Part shown: positions 1-9,243 of the stretch, in pieces
Layout of the letters: every line of letters begins with the position of its first letter
How positions within the stretch are numbered: the first letter of the stretch is position 1
Source of the DNA: a virus
Taxonomy: Duplodnaviria > Heunggongvirae > Uroviricota > Caudoviricetes
IMG/VR virus record: IMGVR_UViG_3300025944_000008
DNA length: 64,000 nt
Reading direction: 5' to 3' (one strand)
The notes under the pieces: model-generated
Told to the model about the DNA's origin: nothing
Database searches by the model: none
The model's input: only the letters and a program-made list of their open reading frames with translations
Translations under genes and position numbers: made by a program

Positions 1-1
1 T

Positions 2-61
2 GACTGCGGAGAGGTGGCCGACGCGATGGTGGATGCGATACTCGAAGAGAGCGCAGCGTAG
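2..61 (+). CDS. Partial CDS, C-terminal 19 codons of a gene starting upstream of the window (…DCGEVADAMVDAILEESAA*)
   Basis: Open frame running to the window edge with G/C-rich third positions, ending TAG at 59-61 and followed by a strong hairpin terminator. Convergent with the RNR gene. Confidence 0.3.
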   Translation, partial: DCGEVADAMVDAILEESAA

Positions 62-75
62 GAGCAAGCTAAAGA

Positions 76-117
76 AAAGGCGGGAAGGTTGCGCATTCCT
101 TCCCGCCTTTGTTTTTT
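76..117. terminator. Bidirectional rho-independent terminator between convergent genes
   Basis: 13-bp GC-rich stem aaaggcgggaagg/ccttcccgccttt (76-88 / 98-110) with a 9-nt loop. T-tract gtttttt (111-117) on the plus strand and an A-tract upstream that gives a U-tract for the minus-strand RNR transcript. Confidence 0.75.
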
Positions 118-119
118 AG

Positions 120-2855
120 CTATCCGCAGCCGGTCGAGGTACCGCAGTTCGGGCAGAGGTGGCACGAGCCTGCCCGCTTCGTGAGACTGCCGCAGCGAGT
201 GCAGGGAGGACCAGACGGCGCCTTCTCTGCCTTCGCCTCCTCTTCCTTCGGCGTGAGCAGCTTGACGTCAGCCGGCGCCTCACGCAGTCGGAGAAGATGC
301 TGCGCATTTGGTGCGAAGTTGAGAGCGAGCCACTGCGCCAGGAAGTCCGGGATGGACCGAGCGCGGCGGATGATCGGGTGACTCGTCCAGCCCTTGGGTT
401 CGAACTCCTGGTCGCTGAACTTCTCGATGAACGTCTCCAGCGGAACGCCGTGCTGGAGGCCGATGCTGAAGGCGGTCGCCCACGCATCCATGATGCCGTT
501 CAGCGTGGAGCCCTGCTTCGAGACGCGGACGAAGATCTCGCCCAGAGAGCCATCCCCGAAGAAGCCCGGAGTGATGTACACCTCCGTGCCGCCGATGCTG
601 ACTTTCGCCGTCTTGGCGTCGCGCTCGTCCGGTAGGCGACGGCGTTCACCCCACGCCAGCGACTTGACTCGGCCCTCGAGCGTGTTGTTCTCGGTGGAGA
701 TGGGCTGAGAGAGCTTGCACTTGTCCCGGTAGATGGCCACGCACTTCAGACCAGACTTCCAGGACAGCATGTAGATCTTCTCGATGTCCTCCACCGTGCA
801 GTTCTCTGGCATGTTGACGGTCTTCGAGATGCCGCCCGAGAGGAAGGGCTGGACCGCAGCCATCATGAGGATGTGAGCTTCTGGACGCAGGGCGTTCGGT
901 CCGATAGCTTCCGGGAAGACGCCACCGTGCTTCTCGTAGTCGAACTCCGGCGCGCCCTGAAGCTTCTCGTTCTCAGCGACGTACTCGAGGATCCCGTCGA
1001 TGACTTCCGGCGAGTACCCGAGGTTTTTGAGAGCGAGCTCGACACTGGGAGTCGCCAGCCGCTCCATGCCACCACCGACAAGCTTCTTGTACCGGACGAT
1101 AGCCGTGTTGGGCTCGACGCCGGTAGTATCGGCGCACATGAGGAAGCTGATGGTTCCAGTCGGGGCGAGCACTGTGACCTGGCCGTTGCGGTAGCCGAAC
1201 TTCTTTCCGGCCTGCAGCGCCTCCGTCCAGACTTCGGGCGCCCGATCGATGATGGCGTGATACTGCTTCGCCATCGGCGTCGGAATCCGTTTGGCCGCAT
1301 TGAGGTGCATCTTGACCACGTTGAGCATCGGCTCGCGGTTGGCCTCGAACGCCTCGAACGGACCGCGGACTTCGGCAAGCAGAGCAGACTGCCTCTGGGC
1401 TGCGCCACCCATGATGGCAGTGATGCCGCCGGCGACACTCCGACCGTCATTGGAGTCGTACGGAAGACCCCACACGGTAAGAAGATCGCCCAGATTCGTG
1501 TAGCCGAGCCCCAGTGTACGGTACCTGTGGCTGTTCTCCGTGATGACCGGCGACGGGTAGGAACTGGCGTCGACGACCGCCTCCATCGCGGTGATGGCGA
1601 TCGAGCAGGCGTGCTCGAAGCCTTCGATGTCGAAGGTGTTGTCGAGCTTGACGAACTTGCGCAGGTTCAGTGATCCGAGATTGCAGGCCGTGTTGTCGAG
1701 GTAGAGATACTCCGAGCACGGATTCGAGGCGTTGATGCGGCCCGAAGCAGGGCTGGTGTGCCAGTTGTTCGTGGTCGTGTCGAACTGCAGACCCGGATCG
1801 CCGCACATCCAGGCGGCCTTGGCGATCTCCTTCCAAAGATGACGGGCCTTGTACTTCTTGTGCGGCTTGCCCGTGCTCACGAACTTCGTCGAGAACTCAC
1901 CGTCGCTCTCGACGAGCTTCATGAACTCATCGGTCACACGAACCGAGTTGTTGGCGTTCTGGAAGCCAACGTACTCGTAGACATTGCCCGGAACGTTGAA
2001 CTCGGCGGTGTACTTCCCCGTCGAGTAGAGATCGTGAGCCACCTGCTCCGCGTTCGACTTGCAGGTGATGAACTCCTCGATGTCCGGGTGGTCAACGTTG
2101 AGAACGACCATCTTGGCGGCACGTCGAGTACCACCACCAGACTTCATGGCGCCGGCGAAGGCGTCGAAGCCCTTCATGAACGAGACCGGGCCAGATGCCG
2201 TGCCACCGTTCGACAGCTTCTCCATGCTGCCGCGGATGGGCGAGAGGTTACCGCCCGTGCCCGAGCCGCCCTTGAAGAGCATGGCCTCCTTCTTGGCCAG
2301 GTCCATGATGTCGCCCATGTCGTCGGTGACCTGCTGGATGAAGCAGGCCGAGCACTGCGGAACTTCCACCGCGCCGACATTGAACCAGACCGGAGAGTTG
2401 AAGGCGAACATGCCATGAAGGAGCATGAAGAGAAGCTCCTCGTAGAACACCTGGCCGTCGACGGACATCATCGTATCGGGCGGCGACGGAGGGGCGCCGT
2501 AGGTGTGAAGATGCCCCGGCTCGAAGATCCCTTGGTCGATCGCCTGACGCGCCATCCAATAGGCGACGCGATCGAACATCTGCTTCGCGGAGACTTCCTT
2601 CACGCCATTGATGGTGCGGAAGTACTTCTCAGCGACGATGTTGACTGTGGTGTCGTTCCAGAACCCGGGGACTTCGACACCGTCTTGACGGAACTTCACG
2701 TCCCCCTTGCTGCCGTAGATTACTGCATCTTTCCTGACCCACTCGACGGTGTTGAACGGATGAACGCCCTCGGTGGTGAAGACCCGCTGGAATCGGATCC
2801 TCTTCGGTGATGCGTTTCGGCGCACCACCTTCTTGTCCTCTGCTGCCGTCTGCAT
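120..2855 (-). CDS. nrdJ: Ribonucleotide reductase class II (adenosylcobalamin-dependent, NrdJ-type), 911 aa
   Basis: Conserved RNR active-site motifs NPCSEYLY…CNLGSLNL and GGSGTGGNLSPIRG; Cys-rich C-terminal tail (CTRCGS…CHLCPNCG) as in monomeric class II enzymes; GGAGG RBS before the ATG. Confidence 0.9.
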   Translation of the reverse strand: MQTAAEDKKVVRRNASPKRIRFQRVFTTEGVHPFNTVEWVRKDAVIYGSKGDVKFRQDGVEVPGFWNDTTVNIVAEKYFRTINGVKEVSAKQMFDRVAYWMARQAIDQGIFEPGHLHTYGAPPSPPDTMMSVDGQVFYEELLFMLLHGMFAFNSPVWFNVGAVEVPQCSACFIQQVTDDMGDIMDLAKKEAMLFKGGSGTGGNLSPIRGSMEKLSNGGTASGPVSFMKGFDAFAGAMKSGGGTRRAAKMVVLNVDHPDIEEFITCKSNAEQVAHDLYSTGKYTAEFNVPGNVYEYVGFQNANNSVRVTDEFMKLVESDGEFSTKFVSTGKPHKKYKARHLWKEIAKAAWMCGDPGLQFDTTTNNWHTSPASGRINASNPCSEYLYLDNTACNLGSLNLRKFVKLDNTFDIEGFEHACSIAITAMEAVVDASSYPSPVITENSHRYRTLGLGYTNLGDLLTVWGLPYDSNDGRSVAGGITAIMGGAAQRQSALLAEVRGPFEAFEANREPMLNVVKMHLNAAKRIPTPMAKQYHAIIDRAPEVWTEALQAGKKFGYRNGQVTVLAPTGTISFLMCADTTGVEPNTAIVRYKKLVGGGMERLATPSVELALKNLGYSPEVIDGILEYVAENEKLQGAPEFDYEKHGGVFPEAIGPNALRPEAHILMMAAVQPFLSGGISKTVNMPENCTVEDIEKIYMLSWKSGLKCVAIYRDKCKLSQPISTENNTLEGRVKSLAWGERRRLPDERDAKTAKVSIGGTEVYITPGFFGDGSLGEIFVRVSKQGSTLNGIMDAWATAFSIGLQHGVPLETFIEKFSDQEFEPKGWTSHPIIRRARSIPDFLAQWLALNFAPNAQHLLRLREAPADVKLLTPKEEEAKAEKAPSGPPCTRCGSLTKRAGSCHLCPNCGTSTGCG

Positions 2856-2928
2856 GTGCGACCTCCAAAGGTGAAAAAAGAGCGCAAGCCTTCTATGCTG
2901 GCTAACGCACAGCGCTCGCGCTTATGCC

Positions 2929-4977
2929 TCAGATGAGAGCGTTCTTGCGACGAGGCGGCTTGATGTCTGGCATGGGCGACTGACCGGGGTCAAGCGGATC
3001 AGTCTGAGAGCCCTTCGCGTCTTGGAGGAGCTGAACGGTGAGCCCGTAGAGTTGCGGGTTCTTGCCCTTCATCTTGATGAGCTCGATGTTCTTCGTCATC
3101 TCATCCATCTTCTCGAAGTGCGTAGCCGCACGACGAGCGAGGTAGAGCGGACTGAATAGAGCACCTTGGCCAGCCGCCTGGGTGAGCGGCGACTGCATCT
3201 CCATCGGGATGCCCTCGTTCGGCATGGTCCCGCCCTTCTCCGGGTAGGCCTTCACACCCTCTGGGAAGCCCGGGGCGGCGTCGTCACCTTCCTTGGGCTG
3301 CATGTCGCCACCGCCACCAGGCCCGCCGGGGCCTCCCAATTGCTGGCCCTCGGCGAACTGCTTCATGGCGTCGCCAAGCTGTTGGTTCTGGGCACCACCG
3401 CCTTGGTCTGGCGGAGGCATTCCAGCGGCCTGCATGAGCTTCTGGGCCTGGATCTGGTAGCGCGTCTGGACAAGGAGCGTCTCGCCTTGGAGCTCGGCGG
3501 AGGCCATCATCTGCTTGCGCTGGTTGTCCATCTGCTTCGCCATCTCGGCGCTCTTGTGCTTCTCTTCCTGAACGATGTCCAGATCGGCCTCGTCGAGGAG
3601 CGTGGTGTCCGAGACCTTCTGCGCCTGGTTCATCTGGAAGGTGAGCTGGAGACGCTGCAGATCGTCCGCCATCTTGAAGCGCTTGAAGTGCAGCTTCGGG
3701 CGGTTCCACTCCATGTAGTCGGCGATCTTCCCGAGAATGAAGTCGCGGACCATGATGAGGAGGTTGGTGCGGTAGCCGAGGAACTGGTTCTCGAGCATGC
3801 GCATCGAGACGTTGGAGCCAGAGTACTGCAGGCCGCCGAAGACGAATTCGATGGGAACGTGCATGCCGGCGACGATCTGCTCCGACCAGGCGCGCATCTC
3901 CTGGTGAAGCATGAGTGCCTTGCCCTCGCCTCCGATCGTCTCGTTGCCCACCGGTAGCGGCATGATGGGGATGTAGTTCGGGTCGACTCGCTGCTTGGCG
4001 AGCTCTTGCTCGATCCTCTTGCGCCAATTGCCGAGGTCCGTCGTCGAGTAAGGGCTCGCGTCGGCGCCACCAGCCTGCGGGAAGAGGATGCGGAGCGGAA
4101 CGATGTGCTGCTGGGCAATCGCCTCCTGCCCCTTCCGCAAGATCTGCAGGTAGAAGGTGTCCTTGAGGACAGGCAGGATGAGGGGCATGCCCCAGCCCAT
4201 GTCCTTCTGAGCGATGGTTGGTCGCTTCAGCACGAACATGTTGTCCGAGGTGAGGCGCAGGCTCTTGTTGGAGCGAAGCGACTCGATGTAGACGTCCGGG
4301 ATCGACTCGATTACGTGACGCTTCCCCATGAGGATGTCGTTCCTCGTCGCCATGGGGATGTCGAAGAAGTAGGCCGTCTCACCGGTGATGTCGTTGTGCT
4401 CAGCGGTGACGTACTCCGGGTTCCACCGGATGACCTTGATGTCCCGATAGTTCTTCGTGTAGTTGTCGACGATCTTGGCCTGGACGACCATCTCGCACTT
4501 CTTGCAGGACAAGAAGTAGTTGAGGTTGCGGAACTTGAACTCGGTCCGCTTGTCCTTGGCCTTGTACTCCGTCTTGCAGTGCGGGCAGACGAGGTACTTG
4601 TCGAATGGGAAGTGCAGCGAAATGAATGCGATGCCGTAGCAGTAATAGTCCAGGCCGGCTTCGATCTCGACCGTACGCACCTTGAACTGGTGCTCGATCA
4701 TCTCGATCCACTTCGCCCGCTGCTCAGAGTCTTCCTCGTCGACGATGATGTCCGTGATCGGGTACTCCGCCATCTTGTAAGTGACGGCGTTGATCAGCGG
4801 GTTGGTGAGGAAGTAGTACCGGCACCACCGGAACATCTGCTTGATGCTGGTGGGCAGATACGTGTGGCCGATGTCGAAGAACGGAGACGGGTAACGAAGA
4901 GCGCCTCCGCCGCCCTCTTGGCGACCGTGAAACGAATCGAATCTGGCAATGCCGCCAGCGAGACCGAGGTCGCTCAT
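2929..4977 (-). CDS. Putative portal (head-to-tail connector) protein, 682 aa, with an inserted CxxC…CxxC zinc ribbon
   Basis: Size, alpha/beta composition, and a C-terminal coiled-coil plus disordered Gly/Gln tail (…QEEKHKSAEMAKQMDNQRKQM…PPPDQGGGAQNQQLG…) resembling podovirus/T7-like connector proteins. No Walker A motif, so not a terminase. The insert reads CPHCKTEYK…CKKCE. Confidence 0.55.
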   Translation of the reverse strand: MSDLGLAGGIARFDSFHGRQEGGGGALRYPSPFFDIGHTYLPTSIKQMFRWCRYYFLTNPLINAVTYKMAEYPITDIIVDEEDSEQRAKWIEMIEHQFKVRTVEIEAGLDYYCYGIAFISLHFPFDKYLVCPHCKTEYKAKDKRTEFKFRNLNYFLSCKKCEMVVQAKIVDNYTKNYRDIKVIRWNPEYVTAEHNDITGETAYFFDIPMATRNDILMGKRHVIESIPDVYIESLRSNKSLRLTSDNMFVLKRPTIAQKDMGWGMPLILPVLKDTFYLQILRKGQEAIAQQHIVPLRILFPQAGGADASPYSTTDLGNWRKRIEQELAKQRVDPNYIPIMPLPVGNETIGGEGKALMLHQEMRAWSEQIVAGMHVPIEFVFGGLQYSGSNVSMRMLENQFLGYRTNLLIMVRDFILGKIADYMEWNRPKLHFKRFKMADDLQRLQLTFQMNQAQKVSDTTLLDEADLDIVQEEKHKSAEMAKQMDNQRKQMMASAELQGETLLVQTRYQIQAQKLMQAAGMPPPDQGGGAQNQQLGDAMKQFAEGQQLGGPGGPGGGGDMQPKEGDDAAPGFPEGVKAYPEKGGTMPNEGIPMEMQSPLTQAAGQGALFSPLYLARRAATHFEKMDEMTKNIELIKMKGKNPQLYGLTVQLLQDAKGSQTDPLDPGQSPMPDIKPPRRKNALI

Positions 4978-5586
4978 TTACATCGCCTGTGCTTGGCCGA
5001 CGACTGCGTCGGGCGTGGTATTGAGGCCGCCTGGAGCCGTGTTCTGCCAGCCGCCATCATTCGATTGCTGCGGGAGAACAGCCGGAGGATGACGACGGAA
5101 GCCGCGCCGGATGAGGGCGAATGGCGAGGTGATGAGACGCTCGCCGCCCACGCTCCCAAGGAGCCCCCCAGCAGCCAAAGCGAAGGGGTTCTTGATGCCG
5201 TGTCGAATCATCGCACCGGAGGCCGCCAGACCGCCGAGAGTATTGCCGACAAGGCCAGTAGTGCGTTCGAACCTGGACTTGCCGTGACCAGTCGGGTCTT
5301 CCTTCGCCAGAGCCATTGGAGCCATAGCCGCGGTGCCGAGAAGCGCCATCGACTTTCCGCCGACTGGGAGATACTTCGTCGCGCCGCCGAGAGAAGACGC
5401 GTACTCCATTGCCTTGCCGAGCCGTCCCATCTTCGGCGCGATCTTCAGGCCCTCGCCCATCCACTTCTGAGGATTCTGCGGCGTGCCGTGCCAGCCGGCG
5501 GAGATGACGTTGCCAACCTCAGTCTTGAGCCCTGCGATCTTGGCGAGCTCATCAGCGAAGGCTGCTCTGGTGACCTCGTCGATCAT
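4978..5586 (-). CDS. Hypothetical Gly/Ala-rich protein, 202 aa (possible internal virion protein)
   Basis: ORF with coding third-position bias. Its ATG overlaps the stop of the upstream gene (ATGA), and its stop abuts the portal ATG. Confidence 0.5.
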   Translation of the reverse strand: MIDEVTRAAFADELAKIAGLKTEVGNVISAGWHGTPQNPQKWMGEGLKIAPKMGRLGKAMEYASSLGGATKYLPVGGKSMALLGTAAMAPMALAKEDPTGHGKSRFERTTGLVGNTLGGLAASGAMIRHGIKNPFALAAGGLLGSVGGERLITSPFALIRRGFRRHPPAVLPQQSNDGGWQNTAPGGLNTTPDAVVGQAQAM

Positions 5587-6518
5587 GATGCCTCCAACCA
5601 GCCCTTGAGGCTCTCGAGCTGGGTCTTGAGCTGCATCGAGCGGTACTTCATGAAGTCGGTGGCGATGATGAGGCGAGCCGACTCGACATCTTCGGCCGTC
5701 TCCTGGATCGCGTCTGCCGCCTGCTCAGCGGGAAGCTTGCTCAGCTCTTCGAACCGCTTCTTGGTCGGCTGAGACTCGTAGGTGAGGTGGTACTCGAGGT
5801 TCACGCCCTTGGTCTTGTCCTTCATGTCCGGGTCGGGCTTGAGGGAGAAGGCCTTGTCCTGTTCGTACTTCTGAGTGCAGGTCGGGCAGTGACCATCGAA
5901 CGGCGGAAGTGCCGAGCCGGTCTGCTCACAGTCGCGGCAGCGATAGATCGGCTGAGAGATGTACTCTTGGCAGAAGTCGAGAGGAGGGGCGGCGTAGGTC
6001 ACGCCTTCATGCAGGAAGACTGCGGCGCAATAGCGCTTCACCTCGTCGCTGTACGTCTCTTGGCGGATGCCGCTGGCGATATCGACCCCAGCATAGAGAG
6101 CGGCGAGATCGGGCGGCTGCAGAAGGGCCACCTGCGGCACGATGCCATTGAGCCCAGCAATGACTTTCTCGAAGACCTCCCAGTGGTCCCAGAACGCATC
6201 GATCACATGCAGCGTCTTCGCCGCCATGATCTTGAGACGGTTGCCGGCGTTGATGTGCGTATCGAACTCCCGCTCGATTTCGGCGAAGAGCGTATCGGAC
6301 AGCCAGTCGAACCACTCAACCTGGAAGACCTTGAGCAGCGCCATATCCAAGACAACCGGATGAGCGTCCGGGTGGCTGAAGAGGTTCTTCGAAGACACCG
6401 GTGTTGGTGGAGAGAAGACACCGGACGTGTCGAGGACTGCCCCTACTGGGGCCGCGATCTTCTGCTTCTTCGTCTCTTGCAGGCTCTCGAAGAACGCCTC
6501 GTCCGGCCTCTTATTCAC
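5583..6518 (-). CDS. Hypothetical protein with zinc ribbon (CRDCEQ…CPTC), 311 aa
   Basis: Long ORF in an operon with the portal gene; no recognisable catalytic motif. Confidence 0.5.
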   Translation of the reverse strand: MNKRPDEAFFESLQETKKQKIAAPVGAVLDTSGVFSPPTPVSSKNLFSHPDAHPVVLDMALLKVFQVEWFDWLSDTLFAEIEREFDTHINAGNRLKIMAAKTLHVIDAFWDHWEVFEKVIAGLNGIVPQVALLQPPDLAALYAGVDIASGIRQETYSDEVKRYCAAVFLHEGVTYAAPPLDFCQEYISQPIYRCRDCEQTGSALPPFDGHCPTCTQKYEQDKAFSLKPDPDMKDKTKGVNLEYHLTYESQPTKKRFEELSKLPAEQAADAIQETAEDVESARLIIATDFMKYRSMQLKTQLESLKGWLEAS

Positions 6519-6526
6519 GAGCTCTC

Positions 6527-7078
6527 CTAGCGGATGATGTGAGTCGCCTGGGCTGCGAGCGGCCTCAGCTTACCAGCGAAGTGAGATCCGATCTCGTACG
6601 CAGGATGAGCTCCGAGTATACCCAATCCGGCGAGTTCGTACTTGGCGTGTGACTTGTGCGTCTGGTCCATCGCTGGGTTTCGGAGATCCTTCACACTTGG
6701 GCGAGCAAGGACACCAAGCCCTGCCAGCTCCGCTCCGGCAACTCCAAGGTTCGCCAGCTTGGTGTGGATGATGCCCGAAGCCGCGGCCCGAAGCGGGTTG
6801 GTCCCGGATGACCGAACTCCACCAACGGCGGGCGCCAGCTTCTTCACGGCTCCAAGCAGCCCTCCCCGATGGGTCGGGTTTGCCTGAGCTAAGTGCCCGA
6901 GAGCATTGGCTCCGTTGTTGTGGTAGACGCTCTGTGCGAGCTGAGCATGCGAGTCGAGCCCAGCCGCCAGCTTGGGGAACATCTTCATCGCCGCCATCTT
7001 CACGGCGACATAGTCCCCCGGCACATCGTCTCGCTCGGCGGAGTGCCGAACGAACGCCTTGAAGGTCTCGATGTCCAT
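6527..7078 (-). CDS. Hypothetical protein, 183 aa, with repeated LAGLG(V/I)L segments
   Basis: ORF in the same operon; G/C-rich third positions. Confidence 0.45.
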   Translation of the reverse strand: MDIETFKAFVRHSAERDDVPGDYVAVKMAAMKMFPKLAAGLDSHAQLAQSVYHNNGANALGHLAQANPTHRGGLLGAVKKLAPAVGGVRSSGTNPLRAAASGIIHTKLANLGVAGAELAGLGVLARPSVKDLRNPAMDQTHKSHAKYELAGLGILGAHPAYEIGSHFAGKLRPLAAQATHIIR

Positions 7079-7081
7079 TGA

Positions 7082-8500
7082 TTACTCCGTGCCAGTAGCG
7101 GAACGACGATCACTCGCCATGCGAGCGAGGACGAGCTTCTGCGGCTTGGGTAGCGCCTCGAAGAAAGCCTTGGGCGACTTGGAGAACTCATCGGCGAACT
7201 TGGCGCCGAAAGTCTTGGTGACGAGATGGTGGCCGTTCATGGCCAGATTCTTGAGCTCGGCCTCGTCGGTCCTGGCTCCCAGCTCATCGTAAGTCCAGGT
7301 CGCGGAGGCGAGCTTCTCCTTCGATGGGCCGAAGGTGGTGTACCACGGGTCCATGAGGTTGGTGCCCCAGTGGAAGTGGAGGTTGGTCATGTGGTCGAAG
7401 TCGCTGAGAGCCTCGGCGAAGGTCTCCGGCGTCACGCTGGCCCGCTTCTCGAGCAGCATGTCGAGAGACGAGCGGAACTCCTCCGGGACGAGGTTGCGAC
7501 GGACATTCGTCATCTCGTCGACGTCGGCCGCATAGGTGGTGGAGCCGTACCGCTCGATGTCCTCCGAGATCGGCAGGCCCAGAGAGGCGAGCTTCTGCGC
7601 CAGCTTCACGCAGTAGGTGTGACGATCGCGCGCTGCGAACTGCTGCCAGTTCTCGTCGAAGTAGGCCGATGCGGTCTTCACCTGGTCGTAGGTATCGACC
7701 GGGTAGTGACCTCGGAGGAGCGTCTCGACCGCCTCCGGCTCGACGTTGGTGAAGGCCTGGCGAGGATCCCATCCAGAGATGTCCATGTGCGGGGCCTCGC
7801 GCCAGCCCTTCTGCTTGGCGACCACCTGGCCGGGGGCATCACCGAAGGCGCCAGCGGTCTTGACCATCGCCTGCTTCATGTTGTCGGTCGAGCCGGCGTG
7901 GTCGTCCTTGATGGTCTCCTTGGTGGAGAAGTGGGGGATCTGGATGAAGTTCGTCCCCTGCGGAGAGTCGTAGTTGACTCGGGACTTGAGGTCGTGATCC
8001 TCCTCGTCCTTGCCGAGCTCTGGGTTGTCGTGATACGCCCCGTTGTCCGTCTTGGGCGAATTGAACTGGATCTTGTTGACCTTCGCTCCTCGAGCGTACG
8101 GTGTCTGGCCCTTCCCAGGAATGCCTGAGACGCCGTTCTTGGCCGCCTCCTTCAGCTTCTCTGGGATCTCGAGCTCGTAGTGCTCGCAGGCATCGATCAA
8201 GTTCGAAGCCGCGACCTTCACGGCATCGGGAGGAAGAAGGTGCCCCTGCTCGAGCAGGTAGACGACGGAGAGGGCAGTGTTGCCCTTGTCGACCATGGCG
8301 AACTTCTTCATCTTGGTGCCCTGGTCGAAGAGGACGAGAGCGAAGGCGTCGTCCGGCATCGTCTCCTTCTCGTCCGCCGTCATGCGATGCGCCGTCTTCA
8401 CGAACTCCGGCATTGTCTCTGCCGTGGGGAATCGCGAGACCAGCACCTCGCCTCGAACATCATCGTACTGATCCACCACGAAGCCTGCGATTCCGCGCAT
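7082..8500 (-). CDS. Hypothetical protein, 472 aa (first gene of the minus-strand portal operon)
   Basis: Long ORF; GAGAGGTG RBS 6 nt before the ATG at 8500. No P-loop, so not a large terminase. Function not recognisable. Confidence 0.55.
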   Translation of the reverse strand: MRGIAGFVVDQYDDVRGEVLVSRFPTAETMPEFVKTAHRMTADEKETMPDDAFALVLFDQGTKMKKFAMVDKGNTALSVVYLLEQGHLLPPDAVKVAASNLIDACEHYELEIPEKLKEAAKNGVSGIPGKGQTPYARGAKVNKIQFNSPKTDNGAYHDNPELGKDEEDHDLKSRVNYDSPQGTNFIQIPHFSTKETIKDDHAGSTDNMKQAMVKTAGAFGDAPGQVVAKQKGWREAPHMDISGWDPRQAFTNVEPEAVETLLRGHYPVDTYDQVKTASAYFDENWQQFAARDRHTYCVKLAQKLASLGLPISEDIERYGSTTYAADVDEMTNVRRNLVPEEFRSSLDMLLEKRASVTPETFAEALSDFDHMTNLHFHWGTNLMDPWYTTFGPSKEKLASATWTYDELGARTDEAELKNLAMNGHHLVTKTFGAKFADEFSKSPKAFFEALPKPQKLVLARMASDRRSATGTE

Positions 8501-8647
8501 CTTTCACACCTCTCGAGGAGAGCCTGGGTCTCATCCTACGAGGACTGACTGTCGGGTGCAAAGCAAAACCTCCGAATGCAAAAACTCCAAATCCCCGGGA
8601 TAAGGGCTTGGAGAGGATGCCATTTTCTTTCACTGAAGGAGGACAAA
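8501..8647. promoter_or_regulatory. Divergent intergenic control region between the minus-strand portal operon and the plus-strand early operon
   Basis: 147-nt non-coding gap flanked by two divergent RBS/start sites. Contains imperfect direct repeats tgcaaagcaaaacctccgaa / tgcaaaaactccaaatcc (about 8565-8605). Confidence 0.35.
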
Positions 8648-9217
8648 GTGGGCAACGAACCAGCCGGAGCACCGCATTGCTGGGGGAAGCAATTCGGCGA
8701 AGAAGACGATGAATGCAAGAACTGCCTGTTCGACAGGACGACATGCCGGACCGAGTCGATCAATCACCGATCGATGCTCGACTCGTACCGGCGGCAGGGA
8801 GGGTCGATGCTGCCTCAACCTCGCTACTCACTACCGATGTTCCCGCAACAACCGCAGCAGCCGCCACAGACCTTCTCACAGCGGTTTGGGTACAACTCGG
8901 GATCGGCAATGCCTCAGCCGCCACCGACGAACTATCCTCGACCCGCGATGCCAGCGCCGATGCAGGCTCCCCAGCAACCTTCTGTGGGGTACGCACCTCT
9001 GGCCTATCAGCAGAACGCTCCGGCCGGCTGGAATGCTCCGATCGTGTATCTGCAGAGGCCGAATCCCAACAACCCGGGGGTGTGGCAGTACTCTGGAGAA
9101 TCAACGAGATCTCGCCTGGCAAAGAACGTGATCCTGTCTGCACTCAAGGCCATTTTCGAGGAGCTGTGGAGGTTCTTCGCGAACTGGACTTGGCCCGTTA
9201 GTTTAGGTACAACGTAG
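8648..9217 (+). CDS. Hypothetical zinc-knuckle protein with a P/Q-rich low-complexity region, 189 aa (GTG start)
   Basis: Strong SD GAAGGAGGA 4 nt before the GTG at 8648. The in-frame ATG at 8576 offered by the ORF track has no SD. CWGKQF…CKNCLF…C motif, then PQQPQQPPQ…YPRPAMPAPMQAPQQP. Confidence 0.5.
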   Translation: MGNEPAGAPHCWGKQFGEEDDECKNCLFDRTTCRTESINHRSMLDSYRRQGGSMLPQPRYSLPMFPQQPQQPPQTFSQRFGYNSGSAMPQPPPTNYPRPAMPAPMQAPQQPSVGYAPLAYQQNAPAGWNAPIVYLQRPNPNNPGVWQYSGESTRSRLAKNVILSALKAIFEELWRFFANWTWPVSLGTT

Positions 9218-9243
9218 GATCTTCTTCGGGCTGGAAGGAGACA

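Noticed and set aside
116-2868. Numerous ORFs inside and antisense to the RNR gene (e.g. 116-487, 159-635, 873-1673, 1758-2810, 2629-2868)
   Set aside because: Arg/Pro/Ala-rich translations are typical of wrong-frame reading in high-GC DNA. The RNR frame has clear conserved motifs.
3166-8128. Plus-strand and alternate-frame ORFs over the portal operon (3166-3957, 3284-4027, 4006-5772, 5787-6530, 7226-8128 and others)
   Set aside because: They overlap strongly supported minus-strand genes and show wrong-frame composition.
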